Positions 1 through 13,140 of a stretch of 64,000 nucleotides of DNA are shown here, one piece after another (positions within the stretch are counted from its first letter, which is position 1; every line of letters begins with the position of its first letter). The notes beneath the pieces are model-generated. The model did not search any database. It was not told where the DNA came from and saw only the letters and a list, made by a program, of their open reading frames with translations. The DNA comes from Eledone cirrhosa (lineage: Eukaryota). The stretch is taken from assembly GCA_964016885.1 (NCBI GenBank), contig OZ024744.1, positions 60,698,001-60,762,000 on the forward strand. Reading direction: 5' to 3'. A program made the position numbers and the translations under genes.

Positions 1-809
1 TTTTGTGTTTGTCATGTCTACGTGTGTTTTATGTGTGTGGGAGTTTGTATCGTCTGCTGTTTTGCTGTTTAAGTTTTTTTTTCCCTCTCTATTCTGTCTT
101 CAGTCGTTAAGTTGCGAGTTGTTATTATTCCACTTGTGTTTTCTGTTCAGGTTAGGACTGTCTTCTATTATGTAGGTGGCCTCAGCAATTTGTCTGAGTG
201 ATGCGTCAGTTCTATGTATGGATATGATCTTTATTTCTATGTTATCATGAAAACACCATAATTATCATAATTCATCGTTCGTTTTCCCTGTTGGAAAGAG
301 ATAGACAGGTTGTCCCAGACTAAGTCAATACTGACGCAGAACTACGGGCCTTTCAGATACGCTTGGTACTTACAACTCACTTACATATGCTCTAACACTC
401 TGCCAAGTGCTCAGATGGGCCAGGGAGGTCACAACTCACTTGAATATGTTTCCACGCTCTACTGAGTGCATTTTATCGTGGCACCAGCACTGGGGAGGCT
501 GTCGTGTTTTTGATACAACTAAAGAGTTCTTTTAACTCTTTGTTTGGTAGGTTTTCTAAAGCTGAATGTCCTTCCTATCAACTATTTTACAGAGTTTACT
601 GAATGCATTTATAGTGAAGACCAGCAGCACTAGAGAGATTCTTGTGTCCTTCACACAACTGGAGAGTTCTCTCAATCCTTTTTCACATGGTTTCTTCAGC
701 TTTACTGTCACATCTGAAGTCAGCCTACCAGTGATACTGCTACATCTCAGATGTGTTCACTATCCCACTGTATATATATATATATTACGAGAAAAAGAGA
801 AATAATCAC

Positions 810-2280
810 CATTCATCATCACCACCGTTTTTACGTCCATTTTTCCATGCTTGCATGAGTTGGACAGGTCCTTTTCACCACAGCATCTCTTCACTCATGG
901 CTTTCCTTCATCATCTCTGTGAGCCACAGAAATCTGAGATCAGCTCTCACCGCCTATGCCCATGTATAGGTCTTACTTGGTTAACCTCTACTGCGGCTTC
1001 CCTCCACTGGGATTTCCTGGCACTGCTTCTCCCAGCAGTCTTCATTCATGCACATCACATGTCTTTACTAACACAGTCTTCTCTTTTGCACAGAACTTTG
1101 GATTCCTCTTAAACCCAGTTTCTCCATCAGTTCCTCCAAGCGCTGCTTTTTTCTCACATTTACATTGCACATCCAACAAAGCATGGTAGCTTCATTTCTC
1201 TCCAGTCTACACATATCCTCTTCTGCAATCACTGCCCATGTTTCACTTCCATGCACCACCACACTTTGCGCACAGGCATCATACAGCCATTGTTTTGTAT
1301 GTAGGGAGAAAGACTTTGTTGTCAACAGTGGGAGTAACTCTCTAAACATCTTCCATCCTATCCTTATTCTAGCTATAATACTCTTGGAGCACCCTCCTCC
1401 ACAGCTAATTAGGTCACCTGGATAACAGAAGCTATCAACCACTTCTATGGATCCTTCATATGATTGAAAAAGGTTTATATCACTGACCATCTTATCTTCG
1501 TGTCCAATACTCCTGTGTATCTTCTACATATACAATTTTTCCTTCCTATTAATCTACTCATTATTGCACTACATCTCTTGTGTACCCAAGATTTACATTG
1601 TGTACATCATATAGAGTTTATGACTATTACTTTTCTACATATTGAGCAGGACCACTTCCCTGAAGGAATCAAGATCCTATATTCTTTCCTGTTTACCAAC
1701 ACTTTAATTTTGGTTAAGTTTACTCTCAGCCCTTTTGATTCCTAATGCTGTTTCCATTGTCGGAACTTATGGATTCAGAACCATTGAGATTTTCCCATTG
1801 ACAACCAGTCTTAAACTCTCTGTTATAACCTAAGGACCCAGCGATGATGAACTCCTACCTGTACCTTGAATTCCTTGCTAAACTCACTTTACTGACAGCT
1901 TCTCTGTACATGGCTTGCACTGCTTTCACAAGTCTTTCTTTTACACAATTTCTATCAAAAGCCTTTCCTAGATCAACAAAAGCATCTTATTCTTGGTTAG
2001 GAACTTTTCTTATTGTTGCCTCACTAAGAAGAGGGCATCTGTAGTACTTTTCCCTGGCATAAAACCAAACTGCATCTTATCTAATTTGACTCTTTCTCGA
2101 ATTAGCTGTGCTAGAACTCTTTTCATTACTTTCAATGTTTTATTCTTTTATAGTTTTATTCTTTTGTAGTTGCTCCTTTCTAGAACACCACCTTTACCTT
2201 TGTTGCAGTTTATGATTGTACTGCTGTGCCAAGTCATTGTGTATGACTCCATCATGTATTACCCAATTAACTATGTAGGT
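810..2280 (-). mobile_element. RTE-clade LINE fragment (RT C-terminal half), degenerate
   Basis: ORF 1068..1490 reads IEVVDSFCYPGDLISCGGGC...ARIRIGWKMFRELLPLL...HGSETWAV, typical of the RTE RT thumb region. Upstream frames carry frameshifted RT remnants. Boundaries approximate. Confidence 0.85.
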
Positions 2281-2395
2281 TACCTTTATTCATTAGAAAC
2301 AAATAAATTACCAATCAAATACTAATGTCAATTCAATTGGTATGGAATACAAATAGGAGACATGATAGAAATATTTAAAATCATGAAATACTTAA

Positions 2396-2616
2396 CCCTT
2401 TAGCATTTACATTACCCTATATTTACTATTGGAGTTTTGTGGTAAAGGCTTTACCTTCCATAATTATCTCACATGCTATCGAATCTATGAGATTTTGATG
2501 TTATTTATTTTAAGAATAATATCTTAATATCAATATGAGCAGCAAGTTACGACTGGTTTAAACAGAAAGGGGTGAGAGAGTGCTGGCCATATATGGCAGA
2601 TTTAAATGCTAAAGGG
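2396..2616. mobile_element. piggyBac-type MITE
   Basis: TIRs CCCTTTAGCATTTA / TAAATGCTAAAGGG, flanked by TTAA on both sides (2392-2395, 2617-2620). Confidence 0.85.
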
Positions 2617-3038
2617 TTAAATATATAAAACCTTAGAAGCTGTTATCATCACAATACCTCCAATGTTACCAGAGGTCAAGCCTCCTCTCTTACCCATTAC
2701 CACCTTGTCAAATCACATCACTTGTCATATACCCATGACATCTTACTCATCATCCCTCTTATCCCCCAGCCCGTCCAGTCTAGTGTTGGTGATTTATACA
2801 ACAAATGCATCCAGTACACTCTATAAAGTGGTTGGTGATTGGAAAGGCATTTAGCCATAGAAAATCTTCAGCTGTGTCAAAGACATAACAGCCTCCCTAG
2901 TGCTGGTGTCATGATAAAATCCACACAGTAGTGCACAGGATCATATGTAAACGATTTGCTTATTACCAGCTTGTATGAGCCTATACACACACACACATAA
3001 TCCGCCTGTCCCCTCAATCTATCTTATTTCTCATTCTT

Positions 3039-3074
3039 TCTTCTGATGAAGGACTAGCACCCAAAACGTTAAGA
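3039..3074 (+). ncRNA. Degenerate minimal hammerhead-like motif in a PLE pLTR remnant
   Basis: tctt-CTGATGA-aggactagcaccc-AAAAC-GTT-aaga; GAAA mutated to AAAA. Related copy at 13342-13377; (TA)n follows at about 3157. Confidence 0.4.
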
Positions 3075-3180
3075 CCCTCTTGCTATCAAGCATTAACCTA
3101 ATATATCCCTTCCATATACTGTACTGATTGTGTTGTTATTTCTGTTTACCTTTTACATATATATATATATAGTTATATTC

Positions 3181-4335
3181 TCAACACATCTCTGGTCCTC
3201 AGCAATCAGTAGTCTGTTAGTCAGTGTCATCTTAACTGAGCAGTGAAAACACACTTCTGGTCCTCACCAGTCAGTTAGTCAGTGTCACCTTAGCTGAACA
3301 GTGAAAACACATCCCTGGTTCGCACCAGTCTGTTAATCAGTGTCACCTTAGCTGAGCAATGAAAACACACCTCTGGTCCTCGACAGTCTGTTAGTCAGTG
3401 TCACCTTAGCTGAGCAATGAAAACATATCTTTGGCCCTCAGCAGTCTGTTAGTTAATGTTACCAAAGCTTAGGAGTAAAAGCACACCGCTGATACTCAAG
3501 TAGTCTGTTAGTTTGTGACACCTTAACTGAGAGGTAAAACACATACTGCTGACTCTCAACAATCAGCTGTCTGTTAAGCAGTATTGCTTTAGCTGAGCAA
3601 TAAAAACATACTTCTGGTCCTCAGCAGTTAATGTTACCTTCGCTGAGCAGTGAAAAAATACCCCTGACCTTCAGCAGTCAGGAGTCTGTCAGACAGTGTC
3701 ACCTTAGCTGAACAATAAAACAAACTTATGGTCCTCAGCAGTCAGCAGTCTGTTAGACAGTGAAGACTTAGCTAAGCAGTGAAAATACACCTCTGGCCCT
3801 CAGCAGTCTGTTAGTCAGTGTTGCCTTAACTGAGCAGTGAAAACACATCCATCTCTGTTACTCAGCAGTGTCACTTTAGCTGAGTAATAAAACCATATTT
3901 CTGGCTCTCAGCTGTCAGCAATCTGTTAAAATATGCCTATAGCCTCAATATTGTTAATCAATGTCACCTTAGCAGAACAGTGAAAATACATCTCTGGTCT
4001 TCAATAGTCTATTTAATAGAGTTGCTTTAGCTGAGCAGTGACAACACATTCCTAGCCCTCAGCAGTCAGCACTTAACATTGAAAACACACCTCTGGCCCT
4101 CAGCAGTCAACACTTAGCTTTGAAAACACACCTCTGACCTTTAACAGTCAGCACTGTGTTAGTCAGTGTTTCATTGTGACTTTAGATGAGCAGTTAAAAC
4201 ACACAACCAGTTTTCAACAGTTTGTTAGATATTGTTGATTTATCTGAGCAGTGAAAACATACCTCTGGCTTTCATTTGTTAGCAATCTTTTTATCAGTGA
4301 CATCTTAGCAGAACAGTGAAAACAAGCTTCTAGCC
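3181..4335. repeat. Minisatellite, about 58-65 bp unit, roughly 19 diverged copies
   Basis: Unit about GAAAACACACCTCTGGTCCTCAGCAGTC(AGCAGTC)TGTTAGTCAGTGTCACCTTAGCTGAGCAGT repeated head to tail. Confidence 0.95.
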
Positions 4336-4675
4336 TGCCCAGTTTAAGGATGCAGCCCTGTTTCTTGTATACAGTAATCCAAAAAATAGTAGGAAGAAGT
4401 TTTAAATTTCCTTAAAGAATCTTGTTATGTAAAAATTGTTTATATGATAGTAAAAAAAACTCAAAGTGACAAAAGTAAAATGCAAAAGAAATAAACTCAA
4501 ATTCCCTATACACTTTTTGAGTTAAGATCAAAGATATTTGAAAGTAACTTTACGGATATTTCTCTCTCACTCTTATCTATTCTTTGAATTTTCACAATGA
4601 GCATACACACACATGTACACCAAACTCCCACTGTCATCGCCTCCGTCTCTGCCGCCCTCCTCATCTTTTACTATT

Positions 4676-4935
4676 ATGAGCAAATGGGGTCCCACGTGCT
4701 AGCCACCCCCACAGCCCTGGCAGACAGAATAGAGAAGGCGTTTCCTCGGAGGTTGGTGAGGGAGATGCGCTGGAAGAGCCATTCCAGCTCGCAAGGCTCA
4801 TACCTGCGGCTAGCCAGCTCAGCGCCTATGGTGGTGAGTAGGGAGGTACTCTAGGGCCAAGGACATCAGAGGTCTCCACTGCTAGAACCTCGACTGCAAA
4901 CCTGTTGGAGAGCAACTGATATTTGGAGAAGCTTT
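4676..4935 (-). mobile_element. CRE-clade non-LTR retrotransposon 3' fragment (RLE C-terminus)
   Basis: Near copy of 6700-6960. Minus strand encodes ..AVETSDV..ELASRRYEPCELEWLFQRISLTNLRGNAFSIL. Confidence 0.7.
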
Positions 4936-5064
4936 AAATATGAACCTAACAAAGTTTAATGAAGTATTTGGTAAAGAAATGACTGATGTTTGTTAGGTTT
5001 GAACTTGTTCTACACCTCAAATGATAGATTTCACCATTTTAATATTGCTTTCTTGTTAAACTAC

Positions 5065-5295
5065 TGTGGTCTAGAGGTACGGGTGTTGGACTTATGATCA
5101 TAATATCGTGGGTTCAATTCTTGTGTTGTGTTCTTGAGCAAAATACTTCATTTCATGTTGCTTCAGTATACTCAGCTGAAAATGAGTACCATCAGTAGGT
5201 GGGGGTCTTGTACTCTCAGTCATTTCACGCCATGAAACCAGGATAAGCCCCAGCCTGATGAGCTTCTGGACTCAAAACAAACTTGAGACTTTTAG
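5065..5295 (+). mobile_element. tRNA-derived SINE
   Basis: A-box-like TGGTCTAGAGG, B-box GGTTCAATTC, then body TTGTGTTCTTGAGCAAAATACTTCATTTCATGTTGCTTCAG...CTCAGCTGAAAATGAGTACC. Confidence 0.75.
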
Positions 5296-6639
5296 TTAAA
5301 TCACTGATAAATTAGGATTCTTTGAAAATCATGCGTTGTTTGTGGCAGATCATTAACTACAGTATCGTAATTATGATGATGAACAGTTAGAGAGGTGTCT
5401 CCAAAAGTTATCTTCATCAACCCATCCATGGATTGTCTATACCAGATGCAACCAAATACTTTTTATTACCTCCAGACACTACCTACAACAATCTACAAAG
5501 ACCTGAAACAGTCGGAAAAAAAAAAAAAAAAAGAACAGTAATGTTGAATCCAAAACAAAGACATGCCTTTGACACTATAGACTTCACATATTTCTGTCAT
5601 TGGGTGTGTCAGATTAAATACTTCGATATTTGTTCCAGCTCACAGCGCTCTGAATTGATATCTTGCCTAGGTTAACATTGCCTTTCATTGTTTCAGAGTC
5701 AATAAATAAAGTACCAGTCTAAGTTGTCGTAGATTGGCAGAATTGTTTAAATAGTTGAATGGAATGCTTTGCAGTATCTGACTTGTTGCAAACATAAGGT
5801 CTTGAGTTCCATCTTTCAGCATGTTCCAACCCATGCCCTGTGACTGAAATTGGGTAAACATAAACTGTTTGGAAGTCAGTCGGATTAACTCTGTTTATAA
5901 TTTAAAGATCATCGGTTTTAGTCATTGACCAGACGGTGCGTTCCTTCCTTGAACAAGACACTTCATTTCAGGTAGGTCCAGACCGCTCATCGGGAAAAAA
6001 CATTAGTACCAGCAGCTGGGGTCCGGTCCAGCGGAGTAAGGCCTTTATCATTAAAACACTTGAGAAACCTCCTATGAAATACAACCTCGTAAGCCATCTA
6101 AAGCTATAATAACAACAATATCATTTGTTAAGGAAATCCTTATCGAATTTAATGAAACTGTTATAACAGTGAATTGTACTTAATTTCGTAATGAGTTTAC
6201 AGACCACTCTACATCGACTTACGAAATAGAATAGGGTTGACAGAAACCAAACTCATTTAAAATGCAAAACACGTCAGCTTGAAATTTGCCTTTATAAAAT
6301 AAGCGCTTAAGTATGTAAGGCGTAAGAAAATCATACCAAAACCACGTAGTCGCAGGAGTAAAAAAAGACAGGATCCGCCAGTAAATGACTAGTTTCTTTT
6401 TCTTTCTTTTTTCCCCAGTATTTTTACTGTAATGTCATTTGTGTATGTTATGTACATAAGTAACAGTGATTACGTTATTTGAAGTATTATGTTTACGATA
6501 GCAAAAATACACTTTCAATTTTTTTTTTCAAGTCGTATTTTCATATTTATTACATGACAATAGTGGGGAGTAAAATCAAAGATATTTTATAAATATAAAC
6601 CTTATATAACGTTGCAAATATATGAACGTTTCAATCCGG

Positions 6640-6960
6640 TTATGGAAACGGAGATTGTAAAAGAGTAAATAAAAGAAAAAGAGAGGTTATATAATCCATA
6701 TGGTGAGCAAATGGGGTCCCACATGTTGGCCTCCCCACAGCCCCGGCATATAGAATGGAGAAGGCATTTCTCCGGAGGATAGTAAGGGAGATGCGCTGGA
6801 AGAGCCATTTCAACTCGCGAGGCTCACACCTGCGGCTGGCCAACTCTGTGTCTCTGGTGGTGAGTAGGGAGGTAGCCCTAGGGCCAAAGACACCAGAAGT
6901 CTCCACTGCCAAGGGCACGACCGCGAACCTGTCAACATCAGATTGGCGGCTAGGTCTCAT
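6640..6960 (-). mobile_element. CRE-clade non-LTR retrotransposon 3' fragment (RLE C-terminus)
   Basis: FAVVPLAVETSGVFGPRATSLL...EPRELKWLFQRISLTILRRNAFSIL matches the C-terminal restriction-like endonuclease region of CRE elements. Confidence 0.75.
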
Positions 6961-6964
6961 CTAT

Positions 6965-7160
6965 TTGCAATTAAAAATTACTAAATTCTTTTCTGATAGT
7001 TTCTTCCCTCGCACATCTCGCTGGTGGAATTCTCTTCCAGCTTCTTGCTTTCCTGGCGGTTACAAGTTGCAAAAAGCAATCAACTTTCTTTGAATTATGT
7101 TTCCTCTGTACCGTCCTCTCTTCTCAGTAACCCCTTGTATTTTACTAGCTTTAATGTCTT
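6965..7160 (+). mobile_element. CR1/L2-type LINE 3' end
   Basis: FSDSFFPRTSRWWNSLPASCFP..YKLQ is the typical SFFPRT..WNSLP C-terminal motif. Confidence 0.7.
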
Positions 7161-7699
7161 GCTTTTAAAAAATTGTATAATTACTTCAACTAAAATATAT
7201 GGTATTTAAAAGAAATGTGATATTTTTTCCTATCCAAAAGTGTTACTTTTATTTTCCTCTGAACTATATTTTTTATACATACACGTCATTACAGAACATT
7301 TGCGCTTGGCTACCAGCCTGCAGATTTGTGATTTGTGACATTCTAAGATACATACATAAAAGGAAATCTTTTGTATTAAAACTGTGTAAAATATAATCTC
7401 TCTCGCTTCCATCATCTTATTTGTTTCAATCCCTTACATTCTTCAAATAGTTTTTGAAATGACGACGAGAGAGTATTAGCTAGATATTTTGAATTCTATT
7501 TGTCACTAATATACAGAAAAAAAACTCCCGAAAGGCGAGGGACTTAAATTTACAGCTGGTTTTGATTAACCCTTTTGAATTTAAACCGAGTCAGCCAGAG
7601 TCACGTGTGCGACGTGGCCTGGATCTCTGGAAAGGCACCTAAGCAATGACATTTGGGAGTGATAATCCCAATTTTCAAAAAGGAAGATTGTTCCAATTA

Positions 7700-7960
7700 C
7701 ATATGGCGGCTCGCCTAACCGAGGTAACTGGTGATGCTCGTGAGGGAGCTTGGCTGTTCCAGCGCATCAGTCTCGCCATCACCAGAAGTAACGCTGCGAG
7801 CATGCTGGCTTGCCTCAAAATTATTAGAGGTTTCCTGCTGCTCCTCTCAATATCGTTATCTTTTGTCCACCCTGTTCACCTGTCTTTTGATGTATGTGGT
7901 CCTAGATGTGTATTACCTGCTTGTGTGTGTGTTTTTTTTTTTCCTTTTCCTTTTGAACTT
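7700..7960 (+). mobile_element. CRE-clade 3' fragment
   Basis: MAARLTEVTGDAREGAWLFQRISLAITRSNAASML, the same RLE C-terminal motif as 6640-6960. Confidence 0.7.
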
Positions 7961-9024
7961 ATATCATCTGAAAATAAAGAAACATCTTATAATTTTTATA
8001 TAAATTTTGTTTTTGAAAATATTAATTATTACAAGGAGTGATGTGCTCATGCGTGGAAATGCCATAAAATAGCTTATAAAATGAGGGGAAGATCCTTAAA
8101 GACAGAAACGATGAAAAATTTTTTTTCTGTCTTCGGGTGGTTTTCTGCTAGCATGTGTAGTGTGTATATTGATATTATACGCAAGTATAAACAAGTATAT
8201 ACGCATGTAGATATGATCAAATAAAATCGTAATTGACAATATAAACAGAAATTGAACGAAGACTGTGTTACATTGTATTATGTAATAAGTAACGTAATCC
8301 ATAATACATTAAAAAAAGATATATATAAACTGCATTAGGAGAAAATTAGTGACAGAAATATATGAATAGATATATATAGATATTTTGTCTTTTAAAGCAC
8401 CCGAAATTACAAAGACACCCAGTAGACAGCTGACGAACGGGAATTCGGCACATATCTGTCTTCTCCGTGACTTCCGTGTCTATAGTTTAACCCACGTGAT
8501 CAACTAATTTGAATAAAAATGCTGGAATAACGTCGCAGAAATGTAAAGAAAATTATGGGAAAAATTAGCATGGATTACAATGGCTGTTTTTATAGGTTTT
8601 AGCTAGTTTTTTTAGTAAGCTTATATATTACCGTACTATCAAATACACTATAACAAAATAAAAAATGAAAAATGCAATAACTTCAGCAGTATCTTCTAGT
8701 AATTATTATGAGCTATATTTTTTCTTAAGATTCTTCGATGACATTAGAATGGAATTACAAAAACAAAACCTCTACAAATCCAGACAGATATTTAAATCCT
8801 TTCCTGTCACCATTGCGAAATGTTAATTCTATATTTTATATCACAATTATTTATAGCTAATGCAACATTTACATTATGTAAACATTCAGAAACCAACATA
8901 CTTAATATCATAGGGAATTATGATAATCTGGAAATTTGTCGTAAAATAAACCTGGAAAAAAAAAGTTTTCAGTTTTTCTCTAAAATTGATAAGTGGCAGC
9001 AGTAATGTCTAAATAGTTAAGAAA

Positions 9025-9028
9025 GGGA

Positions 9029-9105
<77 letters not shown>
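9025..9105. repeat. (GA)n microsatellite
   Basis: Direct observation. Confidence 0.95.
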
Positions 9106-9106
<1 letters not shown>

Positions 9107-9299
9107 TCTAAAAATGAAATACGTTCAATGTTATTGACGGCACAAGTCCACTAATATCCTAGTATCTTTATAATAAAACACAAATTTCAAGTAACAACTT
9201 TGTGATATAATATATTGTTTTAGGAAATTATAATTTGATATATCTATCTTTCAGAGAGTTGATAAGCAGGTCAGCGGTGAAGCTGCTATCTATCTATTT

Positions 9300-9770
9300 T
9301 CAGACTCCGGTGCAGTTGGGGAAAGTGTGTACATGGTCAGTTGATGGTTGGGTGGCGGACAGCTTTATTTTTTGATGTTTGTCTTCAGCTGCCATCTTCC
9401 TGTCCTGGCTGCACCTCTTTTGATGGCTGCTCTCCATTTCCTTCAAACTTCTGCCAGGTGTTCCTATTCCCTGTGATCAACATTGCCTTGGACCAGCTGG
9501 CGCTTGAATTGGTCCTTGAAGCGTTTTCGGGTGTGTGTGTGTGGGGGGGGGGCTTGTTTAGCTTGCCTTGACGTAGTTCACAATTGAAAACTGGCTTTGG
9601 TATCCTAGAGTCGTTCAAGCATGAGACATGACCTGCTCAGCGGAGCTGTCTCAGCACCAACATGCTCTCAATGCTTGTGATATCAGCCCTCTTGAGAACT
9701 TCGTCGTTTGTTACATAGTTCTGCCAACGGATGCCCATGATGGAGCGAAAGCATCGCTGATTGAATCTAT
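9300..9770 (-). mobile_element. RTE-clade LINE 3' fragment
   Basis: RFNQRCFRSIMGIRWQNYVTNDEVLKRADITSIESML..RQLR*AGHV...DSRIPKPVF..EL is the RTE C-terminal region. Confidence 0.85.
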
Positions 9771-9796
9771 GTACAAACAAACATACATACATACAT

Positions 9797-10368
9797 GATG
9801 GCTGCCCCCTCGTTATCGAGAATGGCCATTGCACGATATACCATTATTAATTAAATCTATCGTGCAATGCCTGTGCGTGAAGATATTTTTTAAAGTGAGG
9901 AAAGACTGTGCACTGAGCCAATCCCACTCTCTGAGCGACAGTAGCTATAACTCGAAAAGAAGAAAAGATCAACATCATTGGTAACTACTGAGCCGCAGGT
10001 TTATATCGGAGTTATCCCTGTTTCCTGAGTTGCCTTCTCCTAGAAGAATGCCCTGACAAAGGCTAGGAGTCCTTCACTCCCAGTGGTTTTACCGTGCGAT
10101 CGGGTGTCCAGCCCGACTATTTCTATGTCCCCGCGCATATACATACACATGCACCCATGTATATACACATATACATATACATACATATGTACATGTGCAT
10201 ATACATATTTACACACTTTTGGATGGCCGTTGACTTTTATGAGTTCTTGCGCCTTTTGTCAGGTTTTGTTTTTTGTCCTGCAGGGTGTCCAAAATCACCC
10301 TCCTCACCAAGTAAACTTAGTGGGGTTGCCGGTTTAGACGCCAACGACCCGACCATGCGACAGGTTGT
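9797..10368 (-). mobile_element. Short non-autonomous RTE-related retroposon flanked by (ATGT)n
   Basis: Homologous to 42066-42665 (CCTGTC.CATGGTCGGGTCGTTGGCG.CTAAAC head; GGCAGCCA.CATGTATG tail); (CATA)n at both ends. Confidence 0.7.
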
Positions 10369-10829
10369 ACATACATACATGCATATATGAATAGATAAAT
10401 GTTTTTATCCTCCAAAAATAGCTAGCTATAGATAGCAGCAGCTTGACCTCTGATCTGGTCAATACTGAGAGAGAGTGTGGGGGGAGGAGAGAGATATCAA
10501 ATTATAATTTCCCAAGAAATCTATCAAACTAATTGCTACATGACACTTGCGTTTTATTACAATAATATATGAAAGAAATTGAAAACAATATATGAGATAA
10601 GGAAGAGGGTAGCAGTGGGTTATTTTCAATGGATGTGTGTTTGAGGGGGGGGGGGGGGGGGGGTTAAGCGCAATGACGGATGAAGGAGTTCTGGATTATT
10701 CACCTAGCGAAGAATAAAAACATTTAATAAATATAGTAGTTCTGGATAATCATCAACGAAAGGAGGACAGGGGAATAAAAACACACCAGTTCTCGTGAGC
10801 ACTGTACACAACAATTTCATTATTATTAT

Positions 10830-11288
10830 TACGGGTGCCCTAGAAGCACCAGGTGGTTTAGGATTGGTGGGGTACCTGAGTCACCCCTGGGTCATCCACC
10901 TCCATATTGGGGGATTTATTTTGTTATATTTATGTATAGTTTATTTTATATTTTTTTATATTTTCACTGTTAAATTAGTCTTGCCATTGTGCTCTTTTAC
11001 TCGAGCTTATTGTAAACCCCCACTGTCCGTGTCTTTGTATTGTCTCCTACATGTCGGCCCTTGTGCCCAATAAATGAAATCATCATTATTCCCCACGATG
11101 GCCCTCGGAAGTCTCCCCTCTATTGGGGAATTTTTTCATTGTTCTTTTTTTGTTACATCCTCTGTTTTTTGTTTTTTTTTACATGCAGAAATGCCCATTT
11201 GCACCGTCCTGTATTGTCCTGTACTGTCCTTACTGTCTACTTTGTGTAAACCCTTGTGGTTAATAAAGAACGCATCATTATTATTATT
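10830..11288 (+). mobile_element. Two tandem non-LTR retrotransposon 3' ends with (ATT)n tails (clade uncertain)
   Basis: Two related segments ending CCCTTGTG..AATAAA..ATCATTATT. Confidence 0.35.
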
Positions 11289-12436
11289 GGCAGCAAAAAA
11301 AAAACGGAGGAGACATAAAATGTAGAAAACCTCTTTCACTTTAAATTACTTTTATTTTAATTCTTTCACTTTAATTCACTTTCGTTTTCTGGTTTGAAAC
11401 CTCTCCATTTTATCGTTTTGAGGAAAACTTATATAGTACATAAGCATTAAGAAATTAAATTCCATGATGCTCATGATTAAGTCTTGAGAAAAATAACCAT
11501 TGTCTTGAATATTTATTACCGTGAAACTCATTAAACAACCATTATATTCTTCTTTGCAATGTCAAAACATGCAACTGAAACCACTTCACATTAAAATTTA
11601 ACAAAAAGTTTTGTGGCAAAATCTCGTTTATTTGTTTTAGATTCAATGATTTTTTTTATTGCTTTTATTCAATTGTTTTTGTTGTGTGCGGTTTTAATAC
11701 TTCAAAAATTAATTCCGTATCCTTTTTGTCTTTCTTCCTGTCTATCTTCCGTTTCAACGAAGTCGATTGCTTGACAAACACTTTTCGCGCCATTTGATAT
11801 TTGTAAAGGCAAAGTAGGTCAGTGTTGTTGTTTTTTCTACTTTCAGTTAAAATAAATGCATACTCAATATTTCATAAAGGGTACTCAAATGTTGAACATG
11901 GAGGTGAATAGTGAAAGAGAATGTTGGTTGCAATGTATCTTGAAGGTTACAGCATGCTACTTCGGCTAAACTTTTGTCACAAAACTTATGCACTGTACAA
12001 GTGGTTCAAATTTTAAAAACTCTTTAAAACTTGCCTTGTCTTATCTTAACTATACCACATAACGGATTTTTTCCGTAGACACATCCTTCAACACACACAC
12101 GCGCGCATATGTGTGTGTATATATATGGTCACAAACACTTTTACAGCTTATACAGACCAACAACAAATACATACATATCTACACTTACCTTCACAGCTCT
12201 GTACAGACCAACAACTAACACACACACTCTCTCTCTCTTAAACGTATACACACACACACTCTCTCTCTCTCCCTCTTAAATGTATATATATACATATATA
12301 AACAATGAGTTATTTGGTTTGTTGATTATTCAACAAAGTTAATTTACAACTGTTTAGAAGCACTCAACGATTTATCCGGAGTATCATTAATATCAATAAT
12401 ATTAATAAATGAAAAAATATCTTTATAAAACCATAT

Positions 12437-12497
12437 TATTTTATTAGACGTATTTCAAGGGTACTAATATTTTAGTACGCTTTCATCAGATAAAATA
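12437..12497 (-). ncRNA. Type I hammerhead ribozyme (family B)
   Basis: Minus strand: tattttat-CTGATGA-aagcgtactaaaatattagtaccctt-GAAA-tacgtc-TA-ataaaata. Stem I 8 bp, long stem II hairpin. Confidence 0.7.
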
Positions 12498-12518
12498 TAA
12501 TAATTGGTGTAAAGATAG

Positions 12519-12594
<76 letters not shown>

Positions 12595-12677
12595 ATGTTT
12601 ATCCCGGGTTCAATCGGGGGTAACTACAGTAAGTAAGGTATTCAATACATAGCAGAGTATAAATATTTAATATAGAA

Positions 12678-12758
12678 ATGGCTTCTACAGGACTAGAACT
12701 GTTTCATTCGGGAGAAATCATCAGGAAGCCTGAATGAAACAGTTCTAGTCCTGTAGAA
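12678..12758. repeat. Inverted repeat whose arm is a hammerhead 3' half
   Basis: TTCTACAGGACTAGAACTGTTTCATTC.GG / CC.GAATGAAACAGTTCTAGTCCTGTAGAA; the arm contains GAAAC-agttcta-GTC. Confidence 0.75.
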
Positions 12759-12782
12759 ATGGCTTCCACACACACACACACA

Positions 12783-12829
<47 letters not shown>

Positions 12830-12929
12830 ACGTATATATATACACACACACATATCCTCTTAGCTCAAGACGGACGAATAACAAACACACACGTACATGC
12901 TCTATACACAAAACGATTTTTTTTTTATT

Positions 12930-13140
12930 GTTATACTTTGGGAGGGTCATGCTGCCAATAAAAACACACACCCCGTCGGCTTTCACGTCAATTTATTATA
13001 AATTTCCGGTTATTTGGTTCAATAATCGGGTAGTTGTCTATATATTATCAAAGCTCTTTCGTCATACATTCTGTGACCTCCTCAGTGACTGATTTTTTAT
13101 TTTGTGTTGCTCCATTGTTCTGTCCTACGCAATCTTGTTC
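12930..13140 (-). mobile_element. PLE family A partial pLTR with hammerhead (13047-13089, core CTGAGGA)
   Basis: Diverged homolog of the pLTR at 15336-15775. Confidence 0.8.

Noticed and set aside
3181-4335. CRISPR array or tandem hammerhead satellite (CTGAGCA-GT-GAAA...GTC)
   Set aside because: There are no unique spacers and no cas genes, and the context is eukaryotic. The hammerhead-like words lack G8, stem II and a paired stem III.
5250-5285. CTGATGAG in a SINE tail as a hammerhead
   Set aside because: No GAAA or stem III with a closing stem I.
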